In this document: piece after piece, positions 1 through 9,576 of the stretch | How the letters are laid out: each line of letters starts with the position of its first letter | Numbering within the stretch: position 1 is the first letter of the stretch | Assembly: GCA_963713975.1 (NCBI GenBank) | Contig: OY970218.1 | Coordinates: forward strand, 1,888,001 to 1,952,000 | Direction: 5' to 3' | Origin: an uncultured Chloroflexia bacterium | GTDB lineage: Bacteria; Chloroflexota; Limnocylindria; Limnocylindrales; CSP1-4 | Length of the DNA: 64,000 nucleotides | The notes under the pieces: model-generated | Database searches by the model: none | The model's input: the letters and a program-made list of their open reading frames with translations, nothing else | What the model was told of the DNA's origin: nothing | Position numbers and translations under genes: made by a program

Positions 1-2
1 AC

Positions 3-1562
3 GAGTACGGCTTCCCGTTCATCGAGGGCGGCTGGCCCGGCTCCAACCCCAAGGACATCGAGTTCTTCGCGGCGGCCCGCAAGCTGACCTGGCAGACGGC
101 GAAGCTGGCCGCATTCGGCAGCACCCGCCACCGGTCGAACCGGCCGGAGGCGGACCCCAACCTGCGAGAGCTGGTCGCCGCCGAGACCCCCGTGATCACG
201 ATCTTCGGCAAGAGCTGGCTGCTCCACGTGACCGAGGTCCTGGGCGCCACGCCGGCCCAGAACCTGGACATGATCGCGGACTCCGTCGGGTTCATCGCCG
301 ACCACGGTCGCGAGGCGATCTACGACGCAGAGCACTTCTTCGACGGCTACAAGGCGGATCGCGACTACGCCCTCGCCACCCTGCGTGCGGCCCGCGACGC
401 GGGCGCCAGGACGCTGGTCCTGTGCGACACCAACGGCGGCACCCTGACCGACGAGCTCACCCGGATCCTGGGTGACGTCTGCGGTTCCCTGGCCGAGGAT
501 GCCGGCGCCCACCCCGTGACCTGGGGCATCCACACCCACAACGATGCCGAGCTGGCGGTCGCGAACTCGATCGCGGCCGTCCAGGCGGGGGTGCGCCACG
601 TCCAGGCCACCATCAACGGCTACGGCGAGCGCTGTGGCAACGCCAACATGGTCTCGATCCTCGCCAACCTGGCCCTCAAGACCCAGAACGTGCTGACGCC
701 GCCCGGCGGAGGCGACCTGGTGGCGCTCACAGAGCTGTCGCGGTCCGTCGCCGAGATCGCCAACCAGAACCCCTACGACTATCAGCCGTATGTCGGCAGG
801 TCCGCCTTCGCCCACAAGGGCGGCGTCCACGGGGCCGCCGTCGCCAAGGTCGAGCGCAGCTACCAGCATGTCGATCCCACCGCCGTCGGCAACGCCAGCC
901 GCCTCGTGGTGTCCGAGCTGGGCGGCAAGGCCAACACCTCGATCCGCGCACGGCAGCTGGGCCACGAGCTCGACGGCGTGCTGGACGCGAAGGAGCTCAG
1001 CAGGCTGATCAAGCGGCTCGAGAACGAGGGCCTGGCCTTCGAGGGCGCCGAGGCCTCCTTCGAGCTCCTGATCCGGCGCAACACGCCGGGCTACGAGGCA
1101 CCGTTCCGGGTCGTGGACTACACGTGCCTCGTGGAGCAGCGGTCGGGCCGCGAACTCCTCGCGGAGGCGACCGTCAAGGTCGAGGTTGCGGGTGAGATCC
1201 TGCACACGGCCGCCGACGGCAACGGGCCGGTCAACGCGCTCGACGGTGCGCTGCGCAAGGCCCTCGGCGCGTTCTATCCGGTACTGGACAGCGTCCACCT
1301 GGTGGACTACAAGGTGCGCATCCTGGACGGTGCGACCGCGACGGCGGCCCGCACGCGCGTCATCATCGACTCCCAGGAAGGCTCGCAGACCTGGAGCACG
1401 ATGGGCAGCGACACCAACATCATCGCCGCGTCCGCACAGGCGCTGGCGGATTCGCTCGAGTACGCGATCTGGAAGTCCGGGGCCCTGGTGGAGCGCCGCG
1501 ACGAGCGGCACTTCACGACGCTCAATGGGCAGGCGGCCGTGGTGGATGAGCCCGCGCCGTGA
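3..1562 (+). CDS. cimA: citramalate synthase (5'-truncated by window edge)
   Basis: Open frame from position 3 gives EYGFPFIEGGWPGSNPKD. Also DAEHFFDG, LCDTNGG, HTHND, GYGERCGNAN, AFAHKGGVH and a C-terminal regulatory domain (GNGPVNALD). Confidence 0.9.
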   Translation, partial: EYGFPFIEGGWPGSNPKDIEFFAAARKLTWQTAKLAAFGSTRHRSNRPEADPNLRELVAAETPVITIFGKSWLLHVTEVLGATPAQNLDMIADSVGFIADHGREAIYDAEHFFDGYKADRDYALATLRAARDAGARTLVLCDTNGGTLTDELTRILGDVCGSLAEDAGAHPVTWGIHTHNDAELAVANSIAAVQAGVRHVQATINGYGERCGNANMVSILANLALKTQNVLTPPGGGDLVALTELSRSVAEIANQNPYDYQPYVGRSAFAHKGGVHGAAVAKVERSYQHVDPTAVGNASRLVVSELGGKANTSIRARQLGHELDGVLDAKELSRLIKRLENEGLAFEGAEASFELLIRRNTPGYEAPFRVVDYTCLVEQRSGRELLAEATVKVEVAGEILHTAADGNGPVNALDGALRKALGAFYPVLDSVHLVDYKVRILDGATATAARTRVIIDSQEGSQTWSTMGSDTNIIAASAQALADSLEYAIWKSGALVERRDERHFTTLNGQAAVVDEPAP

Positions 1563-2098
1563 GCGAGGCCGCCGCGCCCGTTCCCATCCGGCTCGATCGC
1601 TGGACGGTCACGTCCGGCTCCAACGTGATCAGCCGGGCCGCCGTGGTCCTCCACGCCGGCAACCACGACTGGAAGGCGTCCGCGGAGGGGACCGGCGCGG
1701 TGGACGCGCTGTTCCGGGCGGTGGACACGGCCCTCGCCGACGTGCTCGGCGGTTCCCCGCTCCTCCTCGCCTACGACGTGCACGCCCTGGCCGAGGGCCC
1801 CGACGCCGAGGGCAGGGTGACTGTCCGGATCGCGCCGCCCGACGCGGTGACGGGGGAACGGTCCGGTGGCCGGTTCAGCGGCGAGGTCTCCTCCTCGAAC
1901 ACCATCGCCGCCTCCGTGGAGGCGTATGTCGAGGCGCTGAACGCGATGCTGGGCGACGGGGCGTGGGCGGGGGTCGCCGACGAGGCTGCCGCGGCCCGTA
2001 TCCGTCGACGTGGGAAGGGTGCGGATCCTGGCGCCGGCGGGGTCGAGTTCGACGACGAGGCCAAGCCCATCGACACGACCGAGTGGTTCAACCGCTAG
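1559..2098 (+). CDS. stand-alone LeuA/CimA-type allosteric (regulatory) domain protein
   Basis: GTGA overlap with cimA. Motifs GTGAVDALFRAV, YDVHALAEGPDAEGRVTV and NTIAASVEAYVEALN match the alpha-IPMS C-terminal dimer domain. Confidence 0.75.
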   Translation: MSEAAAPVPIRLDRWTVTSGSNVISRAAVVLHAGNHDWKASAEGTGAVDALFRAVDTALADVLGGSPLLLAYDVHALAEGPDAEGRVTVRIAPPDAVTGERSGGRFSGEVSSSNTIAASVEAYVEALNAMLGDGAWAGVADEAAAARIRRRGKGADPGAGGVEFDDEAKPIDTTEWFNR

Positions 2099-2973
2099 CC
2101 GGGGGACGTCCGGGCGACCCGGCGACCCCGGCGCCCGACCCCGTTCCGGCGCCCGACCCGGTCATCGACGCCGAGGCGTTCAACCGTTTCGAGGCCGCGG
2201 GCTGGGAGGCGCGAGCGGGCTCGTACGGCTTCCTCTCCCCGATGACCCGTCGCGTGGGCGGCACCGTGCTCGCGGCCGCGGAGGTCTCGGCCGGCTGCCA
2301 GGTGCTGGATGTGGGCTGTGGCCCGGGGGAGCTCGCCGCCGCCGCGGCCGCCCTCGGTGCGGACACCGTCGGGATCGACGTCGCGCCGTCCATGGTGCGG
2401 CGCGCGGCCATCGCCAACCCGTCCATCCCGTTCCGGATCGGCACCTTCGAGGCGATCCCGGCGGGCGCCGGGGCGTTCGACGCGGTCGTGGGCAACTTCG
2501 TCCTGAACCACGTGGGACGCCCCGAGGTCGCCCTGGCCGAGGCGCGACGGGTGCTGCGGCCGGGTGGCTGGCTGGCGCTGTCGTCGTGGGACGCGCCGGG
2601 GCGGAACCGGGTGCTGGGCCTGGTCATCGATGCCGTCGCCGCGGCCGGTGCGCCGCCCCCGCCGGGTCTGCCACCGGGCCCCACCAACTTCCGTTCGGAC
2701 GCGGAGCTGCGAGCCCTGCTCGAGGCCGCAGGCTTCACCGGTGTCGGCGTCAGCCACATCATGTTCGAGGCCGCCGTGCCCGACGCAGACACCCTGTGGC
2801 GCGGCGTCCTGGGCTCCGCGGTCCGCATCCCGCCCCTGGTGATCCACCAGCCACGGGAGATTCAGGCGCAGATCCGCGACGCGTTCGACCGGCTGGTGGA
2901 CGTGCACCGGCGGCCCGACGGAACGCTGGCGATCCCCGTCGCCGTCCAGGTCACCAGAGGGAGGCATCCATGA
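2083..2973 (+). CDS. class I SAM-dependent methyltransferase
   Basis: VLDVGCGPG, GIDVAPSMV, FDAVVGNFVLNH, RRVLRPGG. Start uncertain: in-frame GTG at 2083, conserved part begins near 2161. Confidence 0.8.
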   Translation: MVQPLAGGRPGDPATPAPDPVPAPDPVIDAEAFNRFEAAGWEARAGSYGFLSPMTRRVGGTVLAAAEVSAGCQVLDVGCGPGELAAAAAALGADTVGIDVAPSMVRRAAIANPSIPFRIGTFEAIPAGAGAFDAVVGNFVLNHVGRPEVALAEARRVLRPGGWLALSSWDAPGRNRVLGLVIDAVAAAGAPPPPGLPPGPTNFRSDAELRALLEAAGFTGVGVSHIMFEAAVPDADTLWRGVLGSAVRIPPLVIHQPREIQAQIRDAFDRLVDVHRRPDGTLAIPVAVQVTRGRHP

Positions 2974-3917
2974 GCCGGGTCGTGGCCACGGGCGGGCGCG
3001 AGCGCGCGGTGGCACCCATGCGGGTCGCGTACACGGGGGAGCCCGGCGCCTTTGCCGAGGAGGCCGTGCTCCGCTTCTTCGCGGACCCGGTGGCCGTGCC
3101 CCTGTCCTCGTTCCGTGCGGTGTTCGAGGCCGTTCGCGACGGGTCCGTCGAGGCGGGGGTCGTCCCGATCGAATCGTCCTTGCTGGGGACCATCCGGGAG
3201 AACCTGGACCTGCTCTGGGAGTTCGACCTGCCGATCGTGGGCGAGGTCTCGGTGCCGGTGCGACTCGCGCTGCTGGCGCTGCCGGGGGAGCGGCTCGAGT
3301 CCATCGCCCGCGTCTACTCGATCTCCGCGGCGCTCGCCCAGGCCGATGAGTTCCTGCGGTCACGGCCGTGGACGGTCCAGACGACCTACAACACCGCCGG
3401 GGCCGCGAAGCAGGTTGCCGAGAGCCGGGAGGCGGGTGCGGCCGCGGTGGCATCCGCAAGGGTTGCCCCGATCTATGGCCTGGTGGTGCTGGCGGACGAC
3501 ATCCAGTCCGGGACCGACAACCGGACGCGGTTCGCGGTGATCACGCGATCAGGCAAGGGCGGCGGGCCTGACTCCACCGTCGGCGGGCCGGACACGACCG
3601 CCGCCGGTCCCGTCCTGGCCGCCGCGCGACACGAGGCCGTCGCGGGACCACCCCGCACGTCGCTGGTGCTGGCCGTCCGCAACACCCCGGGGTCGCTGTA
3701 CCGCTCCCTCGGCGCCTTTGCCACCCGCGGGCTGAACCTGTCGCGGCTCGAGAGCCGGCCATGGACCGCCAGCGTGTCCCGCTGGGAGTACCTGTTCTGG
3801 GTGGATCTCGACGCGGACCCGGCCGATCCCGACTGCGCCGCGGCCCTCGACGAGCTGCGCGGCGAGACGGAGGTCGTGCGCATCCTGGGCACCTACCCGA
3901 GGGCTCCCGAGGATTGA
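2970..3917 (+). CDS. pheA: prephenate dehydratase
   Basis: ATGA overlap. AYTGEPGAFAEEA, GVVPIESS, DNRTRF and ACT domain NLSRLESRP...EYLFWVDL. Confidence 0.88.
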   Translation: MSRVVATGGRERAVAPMRVAYTGEPGAFAEEAVLRFFADPVAVPLSSFRAVFEAVRDGSVEAGVVPIESSLLGTIRENLDLLWEFDLPIVGEVSVPVRLALLALPGERLESIARVYSISAALAQADEFLRSRPWTVQTTYNTAGAAKQVAESREAGAAAVASARVAPIYGLVVLADDIQSGTDNRTRFAVITRSGKGGGPDSTVGGPDTTAAGPVLAAARHEAVAGPPRTSLVLAVRNTPGSLYRSLGAFATRGLNLSRLESRPWTASVSRWEYLFWVDLDADPADPDCAAALDELRGETEVVRILGTYPRAPED

Positions 3918-4007
3918 TCTGCCCGGTGACGGTCGCGAGAGGTGCGATCATGGGCACGACGACCGCTGGACAGGGGGCGACAGGCCGGAGCCAGGAGGGA
4001 CAACGAG

Positions 4008-5678
4008 GTGGACGAGGCGTTCCGCAAGGACATGACCGCGGGCTACGCGTTCAACGAGCCGGTCATCGTGCTGGGGTCGCCGATCGTTGGTGACGAGATC
4101 CTGCCCGACGTCCGGGTCGCCCTCCCGCTCTCGCGGGTGAACCGCCACGGGCTCATCGCCGGTGCCACCGGGACCGGCAAGACCAAGACGCTCCAGATCT
4201 TCGCCGGTCAGCTGTCCGCGCTGGGTGTGCCGGTCTTCGCGGTGGACGTCAAGGGGGATCTCTCCGGCGTGGGGGCGCCGGGCGATGCGACGAACGCGAA
4301 GATCGCCGAGCGCTGTGCCTCGATGAACTGGGCGTTCGAGCCCGCTGGCCATCCCACCGAGTTCCTGTCCCTGTCGGGCAGGACTGGCGCCCATGTCCGC
4401 GCCAGCGTCAGCTCCTTCGGGCCGCTGTTGCTGGGCAAGGTCCTCGATCTCAACGACACCCAGACCAGCATCCTGTCGATGGTCTTCCGCTACTGCGACG
4501 ACGAGAACCTGCCGCTGCTGGATCTCGCGGACCTCCGGACCACCCTCAAGTACCTCGGGTCCGACGAGGGCAAGCCGGTCCTCGAGGACCTCGGCGGCAT
4601 CAGCTCTGCGTCGATGGGCGTCATCCTGCGCTCGATCGTGACCCTCGAGCAGGAGGGGGCCGACGTCTTCTTCGGCGAGCCCGAGTTCGACGTCGACGAT
4701 CTCCTGCGCACCACCGCGGACGGCCAGGGGATCATCACCCTGCTCGAGGTCGCGGACGTGATGGACAAGCCGCGGCTGTACTCCACCTTCGTGCTCTGGA
4801 TGCTCGCCCAGCTGTACGAACAGCTCCCCGAGCTCGGCGACGTCGACAAGCCCAAGCTCGCGTTCTTCTTCGACGAGGCCCACCTGCTGTTCGACGACGC
4901 CTCCGATGCCCTGATGGACCAGATCGAGCGGACGGCGCGACTCATCCGGTCCAAGGGCGTGGGCGTCTACTTCGTGACCCAGGCGCCGACCGATGTGCCG
5001 TCGTCGGTGCTGAGCCAGCTGGGCAACCGGGTCCAGCACGCGCTCCGCGCGTTCACGCCCGATGACGCGGACGCGCTGCGCAAGACCGCCCGCACCTTCC
5101 CCATGACCGACCACTACGACGTGGAGCGGACGATCACCTCGCTGGGCATCGGTGAGGCGCTGGTCACCGTGCTGTCGCCCAAGGGCGTGCCGACGCCGCT
5201 GGCCGCCACCCGGCTGGTGCCGCCGGATTCGCGCATGTCCCCGCTGACGCCCCCGGAGCTGGCCGCGATCGTGGCCGCATCGCCGCTGGCCACGCGGTAC
5301 AACGCGGGCCTGGACCGCGAGAGCGCCCACGAGATCATCTCCGCCCGACTGGCCACCGCCATGGCTGCGGCGGCGACCGCCGCGGGCGCCGGGAGCCCCG
5401 GGACGGATGCGTCCGCCCCCGACGCCGGCCCCGGCCTGATGACGCCGGCCCAGCAGCAGCGCGAGATCGCGCGACGGGCTCGCGAGCTCGAGGCGGCGCG
5501 CAAGGCCGCGGAACGGGACCGGCGGGCGCGGGAGAAGGAGGCGGCAGCCGCCGAGCGGGAACGCCAGCGGACGATGCGCGCGACGATGACCACGGTGGGA
5601 AAGGTGATCGGCTCAAGGGAGACACAGTCGCTCCTGCGTGGTGTATTCGGCACTATCTTCGGGGGCGGCAAGCGCTGA
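4008..5678 (+). CDS. DUF853/YjgR-family HerA-like ATPase
   Basis: NRHGLIAGATGTGKTKTLQ (Walker A), FFFDEAHLLF (Walker B), RLIRSKGVGVYFVTQ. SD AGGAGG upstream of GTG 4008. Confidence 0.88.
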   Translation: MDEAFRKDMTAGYAFNEPVIVLGSPIVGDEILPDVRVALPLSRVNRHGLIAGATGTGKTKTLQIFAGQLSALGVPVFAVDVKGDLSGVGAPGDATNAKIAERCASMNWAFEPAGHPTEFLSLSGRTGAHVRASVSSFGPLLLGKVLDLNDTQTSILSMVFRYCDDENLPLLDLADLRTTLKYLGSDEGKPVLEDLGGISSASMGVILRSIVTLEQEGADVFFGEPEFDVDDLLRTTADGQGIITLLEVADVMDKPRLYSTFVLWMLAQLYEQLPELGDVDKPKLAFFFDEAHLLFDDASDALMDQIERTARLIRSKGVGVYFVTQAPTDVPSSVLSQLGNRVQHALRAFTPDDADALRKTARTFPMTDHYDVERTITSLGIGEALVTVLSPKGVPTPLAATRLVPPDSRMSPLTPPELAAIVAASPLATRYNAGLDRESAHEIISARLATAMAAAATAAGAGSPGTDASAPDAGPGLMTPAQQQREIARRARELEAARKAAERDRRAREKEAAAAERERQRTMRATMTTVGKVIGSRETQSLLRGVFGTIFGGGKR

Positions 5679-5733
5679 CGATGACCCCGCTGCGAACCGC
5701 CACGCATCCAGCCGCGACCGGGAGGGTCCTCTC

Positions 5734-6702
5734 GTGAGGTGGCCCAGCGGAGCCACCAAGCCCGTCGTCGGGTTCATCGGCCTGGGGCGCATGGGGGCAC
5801 CCATGGCGCTCAACCTCCGGCGCGCTGGGTTCGCCGTGGTCGCGTTCGACGCGCGGGCGGAGGCCGTGGAGCCGCTCGTGGCCGCGGGGGCGTCGGCAGC
5901 CGAATCCGCACCCGGCACCGCCGCCTCGTGCGATGTCCTGGTGACCGTGCTCCCAGGCCCGACCCAGGTCGAGGCGGCGATGATGGGGGGATCCGGTGCC
6001 TTCCAGGCGCTCCGTGAGGGTGCCGTCTGGATCGACTCCAGCACGTCCACGCCCGAGGTGGGCAGGCTCGCGGCCCTGGAGGGCGGGCCACGCGGGGTGG
6101 CCGTCGTCGACGCTCCGGTCGTCGGCATGGTCAGGGACGCCATCGCCGGCACCCTCCAGGTCTTCGCCGGCGGCACGGCGGCGGACGTCCGTCGCATCCG
6201 GCCGATCCTGGAGGCGATGGGTGACCCGGAGCGGATCATCCACGTTGGTCCGCGCGGCACCGGGTACGTGGTCAGGCTGTGCCTCACGCTGATGTGGTTC
6301 ATCCACGCGGCCGGCAGTGCCGAGGTGCTCGTCCTGGGCGCCAAGGCCGGCGTGGATGCCGGGACCCTGCTCCGCGCCCTGGTCGAGGGGCCCGCGGGAT
6401 CCGTGCTCCTGGAGCGCGACATTGACGGCGTCTTCGAGGGCGACTACGGCGCGAGCTTCACGCTCGACCAGGTAACCAGGAACCTGGGCCTTGCCGTGGA
6501 CCTCGCCCGTGAGGTGGGCGTGCCGCTGGAGCTCGGCGCGCTGGTGGAGCAGCTGCACCGGCGGGGTCGGGCCCTGTACGGCGACGACGCCGGCGAGCTC
6601 TCGAGCGTGCGGATGCTCGAGGACACGGCCGGGATCAAGCTGCGGCTGAGTGATGCCGGCCGGCCAGGTGCTGCCGATCGGCGCGGCGGCCACGCCACCT
6701 GA
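5734..6702 (+). CDS. NAD(P)-dependent oxidoreductase, beta-hydroxyacid dehydrogenase fold
   Basis: VGFIGLGRMGAPMALNL, WIDSSTSTP, DAPVVG. SD GGAGGG before GTG 5734. Confidence 0.85.
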   Translation: MRWPSGATKPVVGFIGLGRMGAPMALNLRRAGFAVVAFDARAEAVEPLVAAGASAAESAPGTAASCDVLVTVLPGPTQVEAAMMGGSGAFQALREGAVWIDSSTSTPEVGRLAALEGGPRGVAVVDAPVVGMVRDAIAGTLQVFAGGTAADVRRIRPILEAMGDPERIIHVGPRGTGYVVRLCLTLMWFIHAAGSAEVLVLGAKAGVDAGTLLRALVEGPAGSVLLERDIDGVFEGDYGASFTLDQVTRNLGLAVDLAREVGVPLELGALVEQLHRRGRALYGDDAGELSSVRMLEDTAGIKLRLSDAGRPGAADRRGGHAT

Positions 6703-6752
6703 CATCAGGCCCATCCTCCGGTCCGTCATCGGTCCGATCCGGCACCCGGCCG

Positions 6753-6758
6753 TAGAAT
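6753..6758 (+). promoter_or_regulatory. putative sigma70 -10 element
   Basis: TAGAAT about 43 nt upstream of the ALDH start, standing out in GC-rich DNA. Confidence 0.4.
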
Positions 6759-6800
6759 CACCGCCCCGGTCCATTCCGACAGCGCCCCAGGAGCCACCCG

Positions 6801-8246
6801 ATGGCCTCGCACCCCGGTCCCGCCCCGCACCCGATCTACCTCGCAGGCAGGTGGGTGGAGTCGCCCGATGTCCTCGCCGTCCTCAACCCGGCGCGCCCCG
6901 ACGAGCCGGCGGGCGCCACCTACCTGGCGACGCCCGAGCAGTACGAGGAGGCGGTACAGGCGGCCGTCCGCGCGTTTGCGGTCACGCGCAAGCTCCCGGC
7001 CTTCGAGCGCGGCCGCATCCTGCGTGAGGTCAGCGCGGGGATCGCGGCCCGCCGAGCGGAGCTGGGCTCGCTCATCGCCGCCGAGGCCGGCAAGCCGATC
7101 CGAGATTCCCTCGTCGAGGTGGACCGCGCGGTCCTCACCTTCCGGCTCGCCGCAGAGGAGGCGGAGCGGATGCACGGCGAGACGATCCCCCTGGACCTCA
7201 TGCCGGCATCCAGGGACCGGTTCGGCATCACCCGCCGCTTCCCGATCGGTCCGGTCGCGGCGATCAGCCCGTTCAACTTCCCGCTCAACCTCGCCGCGCA
7301 CAAGGTGGCCCCGGCCATCGCGTCGGGCAACCCGATCATCCTCAAGCCCCCGTCCGCGGATCCGCTGATCATGCTCGCCGTGGCCGAGATCATCCATGCC
7401 GCCGGCGTGCCCGAGGGGGCGGTCAGCGTCCTGCCGATGAGCCGGGAGTTGGGCAACCGGATGGTCGAGGACGACCGGTTCAAGCTCCTGACCTTCACCG
7501 GCAGCCCCGCCGTGGGGTGGGGGATGAAGCTGCGGGCCGGCAAGAAGCGGGTCGTGCTGGAGCTCGGCGGCAACGCTGGCGTCATCGTCGACAAGTCGGC
7601 GGACATCGACTGGGCGGTGCGGCGCTCGGTCATCGGCGCCTTTGCCTACAGCGGCCAGGTCTGCATCAGCGTCCAGCGCATGTTCGTCCACGAGGACGTG
7701 TGGGACGAGTTCATGCCCAGGTTCGTCGAGGCGGCCGCGGCGCTCAAGGTGGGTGACCCCGCGGATCCGAGCACGGATGTCGGCCCCATGGTGGACGAGG
7801 CCAATGCCCTGCGGACCCAGTCCTGGGTGGACGAGGCGAAGGAGCTCGGTGGCACCGTCCTGCTCGGCGGCACGGCCTCGGGCAACTTCTTCGCGCCCAC
7901 GATCCTCACGGACGTCCCACTGCATGCCAAGGTCTGCTCCGGCGAGGCCTTCGCACCGCTGGTCGTCGCGTTCAAGGTCCGCGACCTTGCCGAGGCAATC
8001 GAGGAGGTCAACGACAGCGCCTTCGGCCTGCAGACCGGCGTCTTCACCAACGACCTCGCCGGCGCCTGGGCGAGCTTCAACGAGCTCGAGGTGGGGGGCG
8101 TGATCCTCAACGACGTCCCGACCTACCGGATCGACCACATGCCCTATGGCGGGGTCAAGGACTCGGGATTGGGGCGCGAGGGCCTGCGCTGGGCGATGGA
8201 GGACATGACGGAGCTCCGGATCATGGTGCTCGCCTGGCCCCAGTAG
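6801..8246 (+). CDS. aldehyde dehydrogenase family protein
   Basis: ISPFNFPLNL, FTGSPAVG, LELGGN (catalytic Glu), GQVCIS (catalytic Cys), PYGGVKDSGLGREG. Confidence 0.93.
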   Translation: MASHPGPAPHPIYLAGRWVESPDVLAVLNPARPDEPAGATYLATPEQYEEAVQAAVRAFAVTRKLPAFERGRILREVSAGIAARRAELGSLIAAEAGKPIRDSLVEVDRAVLTFRLAAEEAERMHGETIPLDLMPASRDRFGITRRFPIGPVAAISPFNFPLNLAAHKVAPAIASGNPIILKPPSADPLIMLAVAEIIHAAGVPEGAVSVLPMSRELGNRMVEDDRFKLLTFTGSPAVGWGMKLRAGKKRVVLELGGNAGVIVDKSADIDWAVRRSVIGAFAYSGQVCISVQRMFVHEDVWDEFMPRFVEAAAALKVGDPADPSTDVGPMVDEANALRTQSWVDEAKELGGTVLLGGTASGNFFAPTILTDVPLHAKVCSGEAFAPLVVAFKVRDLAEAIEEVNDSAFGLQTGVFTNDLAGAWASFNELEVGGVILNDVPTYRIDHMPYGGVKDSGLGREGLRWAMEDMTELRIMVLAWPQ

Positions 8247-8383
8247 ACGACCGCCGCGGCGCCGCGCGGGATATCGCCGGGTCGCCGCGCGGGGCATCGC
8301 CGTCGCCGCGATCCGGGTGTCGCTGTCCCGGGCACCGCGACTCCGGGTCCCGTGACGCTCCCGCGTCCGCGAGACTGCGCGCC

Positions 8384-9556
8384 ATGGACCTCACCCTGAC
8401 CCCTGCCCAGGCAGACCTGCGCGCCCGTGCCCGCACCTACGTCGTGGATCACCTCCAGCCGCTCGAGGCGGAGTTCGAGCGGGCGCACGGCCTCCCGGAC
8501 ACGACCATCGCGGACCTCAAGCGGGTGGCGATCGAGCTTCGCCTGCAGGGCGGCAGCCTGCCCCGGGCCGTCGGCGGTCAGGGCTGGTCCTCGCTCGAGC
8601 AGATTCTGGTCCACGAGCAGCTGGGCCAGGCGACGGGCGGCCTGTGGTCGTACATCCCCGGCGCCTACAACGCGCTCATGTACTGCTCGCCCGAGCAGCG
8701 GGCCCGCTACCTGGATCCGTGCCTGCGCGGCGAGCGCAGCGGTTCCTACGCCATCACGGAGGCCGGCCAGGGCTCGGACGCGAGGACGCTGGACGCCACG
8801 GCAGTCCTGGATCCGGCCACCGGCGAGTACGTCCTCAACGGCGAGAAGTGGTTCGTGACCGGACCATCGGACACGGACTTCATGATCTTCCACTGCCACC
8901 TGCTCGAGGGCGAGGAGCGCAGGCCCACGCTGTTCCTCGTGGACTACGACACGCCCGGCGTGGTCATGAGCCACGACCCGGACTACACCCACACCTTCGC
9001 GGACCGCCACCCGCAGTTCATCCTGACCGACGTCCGCGTCCGGCCGGCCGCGATCCTGGGTGGCATCGGCGAGGCGGACGAGATGACCAACGAGTGGTTC
9101 ATCGAGGAGCGGCTGCACATCGGGGCTCGCTGCACCGGGGCGATGGAGCGGCTGCTCACCCTCGCGGTCGCGTGGGCGACCGGCAGGATCCAGTTCGGCG
9201 AGCGGATCTACGACTTCCAGGGGGTCAGCTTCCCGCTCGCCGATTCGGCCGCCGACGCATCCGCTGCCCGCCTGCTCACCCGTGAGGCGGCGACGCTGCT
9301 CGACGCGGGTGCCAGCCCCAAGGTCGTCCACGCCAAGGCCTCGGTCGCGAAGCTGTTCGCGTCGGAGGCCGCGTACCGCTGCGCAGACCGCGTGGTCCAG
9401 GTGTTCGGCGGCCGCGGCTACATGCGCGAGTACCCGGCCGAGCGATACCTGCGCGAGCTGCGCGTGGACCGCCTGTGGGAGGGGACCAGCGAGATCCAGC
9501 GGATGGTCATCGCCCGTGCGCTCGAGAAGCGCGGCGTCGACGCCGTGGTCGGCTGA
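8384..9556 (+). CDS. acyl-CoA dehydrogenase
   Basis: YAITEAGQGSDA, LNGEKWFVT, RIQFGERI, VQVFGGRGY, RLWEGTSEIQR. Confidence 0.93.
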   Translation: MDLTLTPAQADLRARARTYVVDHLQPLEAEFERAHGLPDTTIADLKRVAIELRLQGGSLPRAVGGQGWSSLEQILVHEQLGQATGGLWSYIPGAYNALMYCSPEQRARYLDPCLRGERSGSYAITEAGQGSDARTLDATAVLDPATGEYVLNGEKWFVTGPSDTDFMIFHCHLLEGEERRPTLFLVDYDTPGVVMSHDPDYTHTFADRHPQFILTDVRVRPAAILGGIGEADEMTNEWFIEERLHIGARCTGAMERLLTLAVAWATGRIQFGERIYDFQGVSFPLADSAADASAARLLTREAATLLDAGASPKVVHAKASVAKLFASEAAYRCADRVVQVFGGRGYMREYPAERYLRELRVDRLWEGTSEIQRMVIARALEKRGVDAVVG

Positions 9557-9576
9557 CCGGCCACCAACGCGTCCCC

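Noticed and set aside
3561-3602. 21-bp imperfect duplication in pheA (GGPDSTV/GGPDTTA)
   Set aside because: Small in-frame linker expansion between the catalytic and ACT domains; unlikely to be functional.
4008-5678. HerA-like ATPase as an anti-phage system
   Set aside because: It is the widespread DUF853/YjgR type, with no adjacent nuclease, SIR2 or other defence gene.
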